A stretch of 52,332 bases of DNA from Octopus sinensis (GCF_006345805.1 NW_021833964.1:1-52332), one strand, 5' to 3'; counted from the first letter of the stretch, positions 37,515-51,479 are shown. The notes: generated from the sequence alone by a model not told the origin. Made by a program: numbers and translations.

Positions 37515-39673
37515 GCATATACATATATAAATATGGATATACACATATACACATATGTATATGTATATATATATATGTGTATATATACATATATATATGT
37601 ATGTATATATATATACACATATCACATTCACATATATATCACATTGTATATATATACGCCACTAACACGCTTCCCTACACGACACTACCGCCTCATCACA
37701 CTACACCAAACCACATCATTTCACACAATACCACGCCGCTGTTTAGCACACCACAGCAATGCTACACCACACTAGACCACTTCATATAATGACATTATTC
37801 ACAACTGATATTTGAATCGATCTTACACAGGAAATAAACGGGGAACTATCAAGTGAGTTCATTATCAACTGAAGAACGAAAAGCAAAGAAAAGAAGAGGG
37901 GGGAGAAAAAGGTTAAACGGTCAGTAGAGAGTTATCCAGGTATTCACGCATCGCAAACCGTTATTAATTGAAATTTTAGAATCCGCTCATTATTATCCAC
38001 AGAGAATCTATAATCAGGAATGTCATTATTTCTACATAATGACATAAGGCTTCATCGGTTTGAGATGGTTTTATTAGAAATATTCAGTTGCTGCCATGTT
38101 TTTGGTTGTTGTTGGTTTGGTTTGCAATGGCAGCGATCGAAAATATAGTATTGAATTCATCGGTACTCCCCGCCTGATAAATATGAGAAACATTCCTCCA
38201 AAATACATCGATGCTATTATGCCATAATGGTAATCAAACCTGAATGTCAAATATATCAATTCTCCCTTGTCTTGGTAGCGATCGAAAATATAACATCGAC
38301 TGCGTCGATACTCCTTGACTGAGAGATATAAGAAATATATCTCCTAATATATTGATACTCCTGTGTCATGATAGAAAGTGAATTTGGATCTCCTTGTTCC
38401 GGAATTTTGTCAGTGAACAGGTCGCGGTCTCAAAGCGACGAAAATATTTTGGCAAATTAAATTTAAATGTTGAAGTGAATATAACGGTTTTTGTGTGTTT
38501 CTTAAATGGCTTACAATCACCTTCCACACTGCAATTGTTTGTATAAAAATATTTAAATATTTAGTGTAACTCCTTTATTGCAGATAAATTTTGACAACAA
38601 AATCTTATATGGCACCCCACCACAACCTGCAGGACCATATGGACCCCAGTTGAAGACCATTGCTCTAACCCTTAACATAGTTCAACATGTTTCCAGCCAT
38701 TGAAACATGTTCTCTCGATGAGTGTCATTGAAAATCTACACAAGTGAGGGTGTGAATAACAAAATAGGAATTTTGAAAGAAGTGTCTATAAAATTGGTTT
38801 TTAAACCTTAAATGGCTAAGGGGGTCCGCCAGAATGAAATAGAAGTCAAAGGATTCCATTGTTGGAAGAAAATTAAGAACCTCTGCTCTAAATGACAGCT
38901 GTTAGATGCATATTCTCAAATGCTTCTGTACTCTTGTGCTTTGACGAGAACCATAAATATAGCGTCGAATGAAACCCAGCACAATTGTATGGTTGAGGAG
39001 TTTGCAAACGCAAATAATTTTGTTTTCGGTTTCGATCTCACAGCGCTGCACCGTGAAAATGTCTCTTCGTCCATAGACCTCGGTTGGCCTTTGATTTAGA
39101 AGTAAAATTAGATGGGTTTCTATAGCAAGGACTGCTGATACAAACTGGGAAATAGAACTAAGAACATTACATTTTTTTATTGCTATAATCGGCACAAAAC
39201 TAGCGGATCATGAATCGCCTTGTTACTTCTACCGATTAAAAATGTGTGAGGTGTGTGTGTTTCTGTGCGTGTGTATGTGTCAGTGTGAATGTATGCACAC
39301 ACACACACACACGCATTTATATATATATAAACGTGCATACACATACATACATAAATACATACATACATTTATATATATATAAACGTGCATACACATATAC
39401 ATATTTATAAATACATACATGCAGTATATATGTATTCATGTATAAAGTCTCTATTTGAGTCGATGGTCAGTTCATTTGGTTTTGTTGATAACTAACCAAA
39501 TTATTAAGGATCTCTTAACTTGCCCTTCCCAATGTCCCATGATAGAATCGCAGAAAGATACTTGTTAAAATTGTTAATACAATTGTACTAAGCACATATA
39601 ATTTGCATAATGATGTGAAATTAACGATCTTACACTATTACTGGAGTGCCAATCTAGTATGGCTTATAAATAA

Positions 39674-39834
39674 ATATTCTGTTGTGTCTGGGGAGAGTCA
39701 TTTTCTTTTTGTGCCTTATTATGTAACACACTCACCGGTAAAATTTCCACTTTTTTCTTATTTTCGTTTGCAAATGTTTCAATAGTTAATAAGGCACAAA
39801 AAGAAAATGACTCTCCCCAGACATAACAGAATAT
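39674..39834. repeat. Short fold-back/MITE with 48-bp arms
   Basis: 39674-39721 (ATATTCTGTTGTGTCTGGGGAGAGTCATTTTC...) vs 39787-39834: one mismatch, 65-nt spacer. Confidence 0.8.
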
Positions 39835-40732
39835 GCTTCAACACACGAACTCATATAAAGAATCTTGCAAACCCAATCCAAAAACGAAATATAAATGAAT
39901 AGTTATAGCAATATGGTTAAGTATAAATAAATAGTTATACTTAACCACATTGCTAATTTGTTTGAAAACCATTTAGTTAAGGTAGGCTAAGGGTGAAGTC
40001 CAGAAAGTATGTTTTCAGACTTGATGGAAAATTAGGCCCTAGTAGGCTTTTCAGCTGCCTAGGGTGGAGATCGAATAGTCGAGTGGTTTCATTCTTACTT
40101 AATCACTCATCAGAGTCAACTGATCTCCTGCTTCCAAGACGCCGAGGTAATGTAACGAAAGGCTGCTTATAGTCTTCGTTTAATGTTTCTTCCCGAGCAG
40201 ACAGGCGTGCGACAGATGGCATTTCATTCAATAAGGGGAGATTCCGTGAAAATGATATAAAACAAGTAAAAAAAATATAAAAACAGAACAAAAGAAATGA
40301 AATAATAACGATGGCGTATTGCATTACTGTACGAGTGAACGCATGTTGTTGTATAACGTGTACTTCCGGTAGTGAGATCGAGTTTCTTCTTATCACACTA
40401 AAATCCACCATGTAAAATTTATTTTGCGTGACAGAATCGCAATATGATTTCCGTTCTTTTCTCTATCTCCAGGTTAAAAATAATAAATGAATATATATAC
40501 AACAACATTTCCTTATTAAAATGCCATTTAACGAAGGCCAGGTCTGTGTGGTTGTTTAAGTAAGTGATTTTATAGACATTGAAATTATATACTCGTACAA
40601 CTAAATAAATATATTGAGACGACTGACATTACTGCTACAATAATTGAATGCTATATACTTTGTATGTGCTGTAAATTGATACACACATACATAGCACTGA
40701 CATACATTGTCGTAGATGAGTGAGCATTATAT

Positions 40733-40780
<48 letters not shown>

Positions 40781-41017
40781 CATGTACATATATCATGTAT
40801 TCACATATGTATTTATATATGTATATATGTGTGTATACATATATATATATACATATATATGCACGTATATAAATATATATATAAATGCACAAACACGCAT
40901 ATATATGTATACATATACACACATACACAGACATATCAAGATGTATATATACATGTAGATGTAGGTACGTATATATATGTATGATGTATATATGCATATG
41001 CTTTATTTATTAATTTG

Positions 41018-41061
<44 letters not shown>

Positions 41062-41320
41062 ATATATTGCCCTACAGCTGTGACATTAGTAACCAGACCA
41101 CGACCGACACGCTTTGCTATCTGTATGCAAGACTCTCTTCGGCTCTATATATTCTGTGCATACCATTAGCATAATATAGGACGTACTTCTGATGCACTGA
41201 GACAAAAAAAAATTTGTAAGGGTTCTCAAAATAATTCTCTATGATTGCCCTCAAGTCTATATATCTATTTATCTACCTAGGGATCGATCTACCTACTTCT
41301 CTATCTACCTACCTACCTAC

Positions 41321-41423
<103 letters not shown>

Positions 41424-41738
41424 CCTGTCTTTAGCAGTGTGGTTACTTCGTAACTCTGAACTCTCATCGAAGACCTCGAACCCACAAGAGTAAACAAGAG
41501 AGAAAGAGACAGGCAGAAACAAGGAAAATGCCCCTTGTATTTGAATACTATGCAAATATTCTTCAAAAAACTTTTCTTTAAATTTTTCTAAATTTAATTG
41601 TTTTCCATACTTACAGCTGAAAAAGTTTCAATGACTGAAGCCGGTACTGAAATGTTTTTTATAAAATTATTTTGGCATTTTCTATCTTGACTTTCTTTTC
41701 CCATATATATCAACTCGTGTGTTCCTTTCCAACCTTCT

Positions 41739-41817
<79 letters not shown>

Positions 41818-41870
41818 TGTATGTATGTATGTATGTATACACACTCACACACACACACACACAATATATA

Positions 41871-41947
<77 letters not shown>

Positions 41948-42025
41948 ACATATATATATATATATATATGTATTTATATATATATGGATATATGTGTATG
42001 TATGTATACATATATATATGTATAC

Positions 42026-42057
<32 letters not shown>

Positions 42058-42071
42058 GTATGTATACATAC

Positions 42072-42098
<27 letters not shown>

Positions 42099-42102
<4 letters not shown>

Positions 42103-42330
42103 AGAAAACAATGAGGTAATCAGATCGGATGGTTCATATTTATAGATATTTATTTATATATTACATTTTTTACATATATATCATATCATTCAGATCAGAT
42201 CATTCGGATTAGCGCTTTCTCCCAATCGAGTGGGCTTTTCAAATCAATTCCTTGTGGGTAATTTGAACATTTTATAGTTTCGATCTATAAATATGAACCA
42301 TCCAATCTGATTACCTCATTTTTTCTAATA
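42099..42330. mobile_element. MITE with about 48-bp TIRs inserted at a (TA)n tract
   Basis: TTAGAAAACAATGAGGTAATCAGATCGGATGGTTCATATTTATAGAT (42101-47) is the near reverse complement of 42283-42328; TA on both flanks. Confidence 0.75.
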
Positions 42331-42798
42331 TATAATACCTGTACATCATCTCCAAACCTTCCAATATATATATATATACATATATATCTTTAGCTTTCAT
42401 GGTCACTTTCTCCCTTTTCACATTAGATCTTTCTTTTCCTTTTCACGATAAATTTTCGTCGTGACCTTACAAGCATTTCTTGCTCAGCGCCACTAATCTC
42501 TATTTCTCACCTGTATTTGTGAACATTAACATTAATTAAGATGAAATGGTGGACGGCAAAATAAAACAATGTCTAAATATCATATAACAATAAAAATCAA
42601 AAGTCAATATTGTTCGCTTCAAAGGAGTGAAGCATCTATAGGTTACAATTGGTTGGTCAAAGCGGACTTCATTTTGTTATGAATAAAAATGCCAGAGTTG
42701 CGCGCACGCGCACACATACATGAATGAATGCGTTTGTGTGTGTATATATATATATGTATGCATGTATATATAAATGCAGGCATACATACACATACACA

Positions 42799-42885
<87 letters not shown>

Positions 42886-43195
42886 TTGGCGATGCAAACA
42901 AGAAAAATTGAACTCAAAGCATGAGTGTATGTGTGTGTTTGTGTGTTTTTTTACTATTTGCCAGAAAAATACAAAGTTACTCAAAGGCTTACAGTTTCAT
43001 GCGTTAAGTGCTAACCCACGAAACTTTCAGGCTCTGAGTCACTCTATTTCTTCTGCTGGATATAAATATAAATATTGACGTATCGCAGGTTCGAACGGTG
43101 TTCCTCCGCCGAACGACGTTACTGACTGTGTCAGTCCACTATGTATTCGTAGTAGACCAGCCCACAACATATATACATACATACAGATAGACAGT

Positions 43196-43226
<31 letters not shown>

Positions 43227-43284
43227 GTGAATATGTTTATACATGTATGTATATATGTATATGCATATATATAAATATGTACAT

Positions 43285-43328
<44 letters not shown>

Positions 43329-43334
<6 letters not shown>

Positions 43335-43634
43335 ATCACGTGACAGACTTGGCTATCAGATGTTTCTACACATCGCTGGTCACAATGCGCCTCGCATTGT
43401 TTTAGCCTTCAAATGACGCCACCCCGCTGGCTAAGCGAGCAAGCCAACAGAAGAAAGAGTGAGAGAAAGTTGTGGCGAAAGAGTAGAGCAGGGTTCGCCA
43501 CCACCCTCTGCCGAAACCTCGTGGAACTTTAGGTGTTTTCGCTCAATATACACTCACATATACACGGTCTGGGAATCGAAACTGCAATCCCATGACCGCG
43601 AGTCCGCTGGCCTAACCACTGGGCCATTGCACCT
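43329..43634 (-). mobile_element. SINE family D variant with alternative tail
   Basis: Head and central segment shared with family D (...CGCCACAACTTTCTCTCACTCTTTC); the 3' body is different. Confidence 0.75.
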
Positions 43635-43672
<38 letters not shown>

Positions 43673-44183
43673 GGGTATCATATATGTATGTATGCATATG
43701 CGAACGTATGCATGCAAGTATCTTTGTGTTTGTGCACGCATATATGTATGTAGGTAGGTATGTTAAAAAGTTAATTAGCTAGTTAATTAGTTCAATGGTA
43801 TAAATCTCACTTTCCTACCTAGCAAAGCTGAAATCTTACTGAAGAACACATATTATCATGAAGATCCTAAGCTATGTGAATTGTTTTGACAATTTCTAAA
43901 TGAAATCCAAAACATTGTAAATTCATGAGATTGTATTAACTTTTGTTTTTAATGAATCAGCGAAAGGTCAGTTGGCAAATGTTGCTTGTAATTTATAAAT
44001 ATATTTGGCGCGAAGTTCTAATTCTGCCGCGGCGGCTATAAGAGGCATTCTATATTCTGGAGACGATCCTTATATTCCATTCACATAGTCAAATTAGATG
44101 AAATTCCGATGGTTTTTATTTATTAATTTTTATTTTAATCTTTTCTGTTTTTATTTATTCTTTCCGGGGCGGTTAGGAGTGAT

Positions 44184-44643
44184 ATAATAATAATTTTTTT
44201 CTACTAAAGGCACAAGACTTGAAATTTTGGGGGGAGGAATTCACCAATCCCAGCATTTCACTTGTACTTAATTTATCGTTCCCGAAAGGATGAAAGGCAA
44301 AGTCGACCTCGACGAAATTTGAACTCAGAACGTAAAGACAAACAAAATGCTGCTAAGCGTTTTGTCCGGCATGCTAACGATTCTGCCAGTTTGCCGCCTT
44401 AATAATGATCTTTTCTACTATAGACACAAGGCCTGACAATTGGGGGGAGGAGACTAGTCGATTACATCGACCTCAGTACGCAACTGGTACTTAATTTATC
44501 GACGCCGAAGGATGAAAGGCAAAATCGACTTAGTGGAATTTGAACCCAGAACATAAAGATAGACGAAATACTGCTAAGCATTTTGCCCGGCCTGCTAACG
44601 ATTCTACCAGCTCACCGCCTTGATGGTAATAATAATAATAATA

Positions 44644-44675
<32 letters not shown>

Positions 44676-44885
44676 TTGATATCAAATTTTGGCACAAGGC
44701 CAGCAAATCCAGACGGGGGACTATTTCGATTAGATCGACCCAGTGTTCAACCAGTTCTTATTCATCCTCGAAAGGATGAAAGGCAAAGTCGACCTCGGCG
44801 GAATTTGAACTCGAAACGTAAAGACGGACGAAATACGCAAAGCATTTTGTCCAGCGTTCTAACCATTCTACCAGTTCGCCACCTT
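44184..44885 (-). mobile_element. Three head-to-tail SINE family E copies
   Basis: Units at about 44184-44400, 44401-44621 and 44627-44885, each with AAAGGCAAA(G/A)TCGAC...GAA(A)TTTGAAC...CCAG...CC(G/A)CCTT, joined through AAT-rich tails. Confidence 0.85.
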
Positions 44886-45204
44886 AACGGAATGGTAATA
44901 ATAACGAAGAGGAAGTGCGGCAAGTAAAAATATTTCGCTACGTAAAAGAATAATTAATAAAGCGGGTTCCGCATCAAATCAGTCGGATATGAGAAGTGTG
45001 TCTTTGTTTATTGACACCGTATGGGGTCTGTGATGATAATGGCCAATTCCTACAGATCTTTCTCTGTGTCTTTGATCTTTGACCACTTTGCTTGTCTGTG
45101 TTGCTTGCTTGCATGCAAGTCGAGATGGATTATTACTTGCAGTACATCAGCGATGCATCACGACCACATATGGACGAGATTTCGACATTCGTTTGAAGTG
45201 TGAA

Positions 45205-46228
45205 TGTGCGTACGGATAAATATACATACATACATACATACATACATAAATACATACATACATACATACATACATAAATACATACATGCATACATACATT
45301 CATTCATACATACATACATACATACATACATAAATACATACATACATACATACATACATTCATACATACATACATACATACATACATACATACATACATA
45401 CATACATACATACATACATACATACATACATACATTCATACATACATGCATACATACATACATGCATACATACATACATGCATACATACATTCATTCATA
45501 CATACATACATAAATACATACATACATACATACATACATAAATACATACATACATACATACATATATACATACATACATACATACATACATACATACATA
45601 AATACATAACATACATACTAAATACATACTACATACATAATTTATACATACATACATACTACATAATACATACATACATCATACATACATACATACATAC
45701 ATACATTATACATACATACATTACATAAAACATAAATAATACATACATACATAATAAATACATGCATACATACATACATACATACATAATCATACATACA
45801 TACATACATACATAAAGACATACATACATACATACATACATACATACATACATTTATACATACATACATACATACATACATACATACATACATAAATACA
45901 TACATACATAAATACATACATGCATACATACATTCATTCATACATACATACATAAATACATAAATACATACATTTATACATACATACATACATACATACA
46001 TACATACATAAATACATACATGCATACATAAATACATACATGCATACATACATTCATTCATACATACATACATACATGCATACATACACACATACATACA
46101 TAAATACATATATACATACATACATACATACATAAATACATACATGCATACATACATACATACATACATACATAAATACATAAATGCATACATGCATACA
46201 TACATACATTCATACATACATACATACA

Positions 46229-46259
<31 letters not shown>

Positions 46260-46330
46260 CATACATAAATACATACATGCATACATACACGCATACATAC
46301 ATACATACATGCATACATACATACTTACGT
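45205..46330. repeat. Large (TACA)n microsatellite array with internal higher-order variants
   Basis: About 1.1 kb of TACA units interspersed with TAAA, TGCA and TTCA variants. Confidence 0.95.
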
Positions 46331-46647
46331 ACATACACGCGCACACATATAAGTGCATATATACATGTATACGTCTGTGCATATATATATGAATGCATTC
46401 ATACATACATGCCTACATATATGCATATAATATATACAGATGTGTGTATGCATATATGTGTATATGTGTGAATTTGCGTGTGAATGTATGTATAAAGATA
46501 TATTCAGACATAAATGCTTGTTAACATATATGCATAGATTTACACATACATACACACATACACGAACACTTATTCACACGCTCACATATATAAATATACA
46601 TACATATTTGTATATATAGACATGTACACACTCATGCGTACATGTAC

Positions 46648-46688
<41 letters not shown>

Positions 46689-46830
46689 CATGCACACACA
46701 CATATATATGTATGCGTGTATGTATATATATATATATATATATATAGTTGGAATTTATAGAAAACTAAAAGTCGAAGATAGGTGTATGAACAACAAACAA
46801 GTATTAGTTTGACGGTCGGGAAAATGAAGT

Positions 46831-46866
46831 CTTTTATGTTTCGAGCCAACGCTCTTCAACAGGAAG
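46831..46866 (-). ncRNA. Second copy of the minimal hammerhead-like motif (more decayed)
   Basis: CTTC-CTGTTGA-A-GAGC-GTTG-GCTC-GAAA-CA-TA-AAAG. Flanks (about 46745-46870) are homologous to about 32265-32390. Confidence 0.4.
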
Positions 46867-47044
46867 GAATAAATTTGTAGATTTCAGCGGTCCAGCTTAG
46901 CGAACGTATATATATAATATTATATCTATATATATATATATATATATATAGTATGTATGTTGTATGTATGTATGTATGTATGTATGTATGTATGTACATA
47001 TATTATATGTTGTATGTATATATATTATATATATATTATAATAT

Positions 47045-47078
<34 letters not shown>

Positions 47079-48534
47079 CATATGTATATGATGTATATAA
47101 ATATATATATATAATATATATATTAATGTATGTATGTACTTACGCACATACACGTGCACACGTGAGCTGAATGTTAGAGAGTGAACAAATACCCTGCTTA
47201 TAAATATATATATATAAACATATGGGTCTATATGGTTTTATGTATGTATATATGTTTCTGTTCTGTCTTATAATTGCCTGTAAAGTCTATAATCTTTTTA
47301 ATGATAAGGGAAACAAGTTCGTATGGCAGGTTACGCAGCAGGCTCTCAGAGACTGGTGAGAGTAATGTAGGAAATTATTTTCAACCCAAAGAGCCCGACG
47401 CCCCCTTGGGACACCTAAGCCACCAGGTGTCGGTGTCAAACCGGGTGCGGCATTAACTCTGCGACGCTAGTAGACCTTGCTGGGATTTGAGTTCGGAACC
47501 CAAATAGCCGCGACAAACATCACAAGGCATCCGGTTCCAGTGTTCTTACAGAGCTACCAAATCCACTACCTTCGATTAGCATATTTTTACCGATCCCGGA
47601 AGGATTACAAGTAAAGTTGACCTCCACGTAATATGAACTCAGAGTGCAGGCTGTCGGAAAGTAATCAATCCAATGTTCCATAGCTGTTCTGCCAACTCAC
47701 CGTCTTTGCCAATTCACATTCATTACGTGTATTTATAAGCTGGCTATTTGTTCATTCTCTAACACTCAGCTCGTATAAAACCGCAAAACTTTTGAAAAGA
47801 ATATCGAGGAATTTTAAACGAATTTTAAATAACAAACACAGCAGGGAATGAAATAAACACTAAGCGGTTTTACAATTTGAAATTCGATATTCTTTGGCAT
47901 TTTCTTCGTTGGCACAAAGTACCGAAATTACCGCAGAACGATGCAATCAAACCATTTTAATAATTTTGTTATTATTTTCTTTCTCTCTTTGTGTTTATAA
48001 ATTCTTTTGAACGTTTGTGCAAGCGTTTTGAAAATCAATGATCATCAGGAGGGACGTAGTAGAATTTCATTACTGAAAACATTCTTTTAAGATGATATTT
48101 AGAATGAAAAATTTTCTAAAGAACTTGTAAAAGAGTCCGGTAATTCAGTGCGCGATAATTCTTTAGTATTTTTGTCTCAGAGAAGACAGTCTATGTAAAG
48201 ACAAGCCAACGAAAGAGAACCTGCATGGAGTCTTTCTCACTGCTAGAAACAAGCACTAAATCTGTCTTAAATCTCACCGTAGAGTCTTGTATGAGAAAAC
48301 GGTCTCGTTAGAAAATATAGTCCAGTATGTATTGTGTATTAATAGATGAGGTGTGGTCACGGATGGAAAGTTTCCGAATGTAGATCAAGTAAATCTGAGT
48401 TGAAATGGATTTAAACGAGAACAACAGCAGTAGCGACAGCAACAACAACGAGAACAGTAGCGGCGGTTGGAGCAGCGGCGATGACATTAACAATGGCGGC
48501 AGTAGATATAACAACGGCCGCCATAACAGCAGCA

Positions 48535-48917
48535 GGAGGCGCAATGGCCCAGTGGTTAGGGCAGCGGACTCGTGCAAGGAGGATCGCGGTTTCGGTTCCC
48601 GGACCGGACGTTGTGTGTGTTTATTGAACGAAAACACCTAAAGCTCCACGAGGCTCCGGCAGGGGGTGGTGGCGACCCCTGTTGTACTCTTTCGTCCCAA
48701 CTGTCTCTCACTCTTTCTTCCTGCTTGTTGTCCCCGACTTCCTACGCAACCACTGAGCCTGGATGCGCATTCATCCATCCGTCGATGCTCTCGGTGTCGC
48801 TGGGTTGACCTGCTTTCTCTTCTGCGGGTCTTACGAATAGCAAAGGACCACGTTTCGGACTTCTCCCACTAATGGGACGAAGACCGATTCGCTCCACAAA
48901 CAAACAAACAAACAAGC
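48535..48917 (+). mobile_element. SINE family D variant with a third tail type
   Basis: GGAGGCGCAATGGCCCAGTGGTTAGGGCAGCGGACTCG head, AACACCTAAAGCTCCACGAGGCTCCGGCAG core, unique 3' body, (ACAA)n tail, possible AACAGCAGCA TSD. Confidence 0.8.
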
Positions 48918-49074
48918 AACAGCAGCAACAACAATAGCGGTAACAACAGCAATAGCAACAGCAAATGTACTGAGCTTAATGCGACATCTGCTAGACGAGC
49001 GCCGAAGCTGCTAGAAACTGGAATCAATATCTAGTAAAAATAAAGTTCTTTCTCGACTCATATACACTAATAAG

Positions 49075-49280
49075 GCCAGTTTCCCAGTTTTATGGCGTAT
49101 ATATGTTCCTCACCTCGACGGGGCTCCAGTCCGTCGTAAGATTACTCATTTTTGCAAACTGGGTGTACTGGAGCAACGTAAGATGAAGTGTTTTGCTCAG
49201 GCACACAACACATTACCTGGTTCAGGAATCGAAACAACAATCTTACGATCATGAGTCAAACACCTTAACCACTAAGCCAC
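49075..49280 (-). mobile_element. SINE family B-related reverse copy
   Basis: CTGGAGCAACG...GTGTTTTGCTCAGGCACACAACAC...GGAATCGAAAC...CCTTAACCACTAAGCCAC is the reverse complement of the 4039 head and core. Confidence 0.8.
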
Positions 49281-50351
49281 AGTTATTTAAAAGTAAATTC
49301 TTGACACGTCTAGGTAAGTTCAGGAGCAGAATGTGATGGTCAGTGCTGTGTAAGGCATAGAAGAATACCCTCACACATTTACGACGACAGCGCTTTCTCA
49401 GCATTCAGGAACACCTGTGTTTTGACATGTATCTCGTCAACCAGGGGCAGACGGGGCGCTGAGCCTAAACGAAGGCGATGGCCTTGTTAATACTTTCAGC
49501 GAATGACCGTTCCTGATCTCGCTGTACACGGTTCAAATAACGACTTTCTAATGTCTAATGTACTGTGTACAGAAAAGCTCACACGCTCACACGGACATAC
49601 GTGCGCTCGTACACAAACACACGCATTCACACACACTCATACAGACACAAATACGTGTATATACACACACGCGCACATGTATACACACGCGCACATGTAT
49701 ACACACGCGCGCACGCGTACACACACACACACACACATGCACAATTTCTGTCGGAAGAAAGAAATTACATCCAGTGATATGCTGAGATTTTACCAGCGAC
49801 AAAACTAATTTCTAAACTGTCTACTGTAAACGTTTATAAACCTATTATTACTTACGAACATATATAAATGGAATACACCGATTTGCATAAGGAATGCACT
49901 CATAATACCCGATGAATAAATTGCTATATATATATAATAACATACACATACACATATATATGTATGTGTTTCGGCATGAGTGGGTGTGGATGTGTATGTG
50001 CGTAGTCTAATATTCTGGTATTGATAGGATCAACAAAAAAGTACTCCATCATGTGATTTATAAGTGTTATCTAAAAAAAAAACGTAAGATTTAAATTTAA
50101 GCAAATATAAGTTTCATGCTCAAATAGTACAACAATCGGACTGTATTGTAGAACTTTCCGGTACTCTCCAAGAATCTTCCGGGTTCAACAGAAATATCTG
50201 TGTAAGATTTCTCTTAGGCATAGCGATGATAATAGCCTCGTATTAGAACTCAGTATACATAAGCTTCAGAACAAAGTCTTAGACGAGCACAAAGCATAAT
50301 ATGAAATTAAATAATTGACAAAGGAATAAGAATTACGAAATCAACTTCATT

Positions 50352-50395
50352 AGCTTACAGCTGTTTCTGCCACATCATGCAGTACACTCAGAACT
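50352..50395 (-). ncRNA. Decayed hammerhead-like relic sharing GAAAC-AGCT-GTA with 2984-2995
   Basis: AGTT-CTGA-GTGTACTGCATGATGTGGCA-GAAAC-AGCT-GTA-AGCT; the core lacks three bases of CTGATGA. Confidence 0.3.
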
Positions 50396-50954
50396 GATTG
50401 CTTGTTCATTACTTTATAGCTCCGAGGAAGCTATAAAGGTGATACGCTCAACTCGGAGTGCGTTGCATCTCATAGCAAAAGCTATCGTTTATGAATGACG
50501 TTGATTGCATAATTCTTGTTCCTTTGTTATTCATTTAATTCTATAAACACACACCTATATACACATAATATATACATACATACATACATTATATATATAT
50601 CTATATATATATATATATATATTATATATATTATGTGTATTGACATATGGACGTATGTATGTAAGATTGCACACATGTTTGTATGTATGCCATGATTTTA
50701 CGTAAAAGTGGGGTATATATATATATGTGTGTGTATACGTACATATGTGTATAAATGTATGTATTATGTGCTGATGTATATACGATAGCTGCTACAAAGT
50801 ATTGCGTGTAATAAGGTGTTATACATCAAAGAATTCTGTTAATTGCTTCAATGTTTGTAATCTAAAATAAACATTTGTTTTGTTTATTCATTTATGGCAA
50901 AATATCAATTTTTTTCAAAACCAATATATTTGTATTTTTTTCAATACATTCAAG

Positions 50955-51325
50955 GTTGTGTTTGTTAAGAAGCTCGCTTTGCAATCGCGTGCTTTCAGGT
51001 TCAGTCCCACTGCGTGGCACCTTAGGCAAGTGTCTTCTACTATAGCTCCAAGCCGACTAACGCCTGGTGAGTGAATTTGGTAGACGAAAACTGTATGGAA
51101 GCCCATCGTTTGTGCGTGTGTGTCTGTTGATTGTGCCCCTCTACCACTCGACAAATGGTTTTAGTTTATTTACGTCCCCGTTACTTAGCGATTCGGTAAA
51201 AGGGACCGATAGCATAAGTAGCAAGTTTAAAAATAAGTTCTGGGATCGATTTATTCGACTAAAACACTTAAAGACAGTGCTATAGCATATTGCGAGTTCA
51301 TTGAAAGAAGGAAGTAAAAGACAAG
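50955..51325 (+). mobile_element. SINE family A, diverged copy
   Basis: GGTTCAGTCCCACTGCGTGGCACCTTAGGCAAGTGTCTTCTACTATAGC...TTTACGTCCCCG...GATCGATTTATTCGACTAAAAC. Confidence 0.8.
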
Positions 51326-51343
51326 ATGTGTGTGTGGGAGGGG

Positions 51344-51407
<64 letters not shown>

Positions 51408-51479
51408 TGTGTGTGCGTGTGCGTTATCGCCATCATTATCATCATCAACTCCTGGACATGAGTCGTTCGAGTCTTAGCA

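Noticed and set aside
40075-40116. Possible hammerhead on the minus strand (CTGATGAG...GAAAC)
   Set aside because: No stem II closes next to GAAA and no paired GUH follows; it looks like a chance match.
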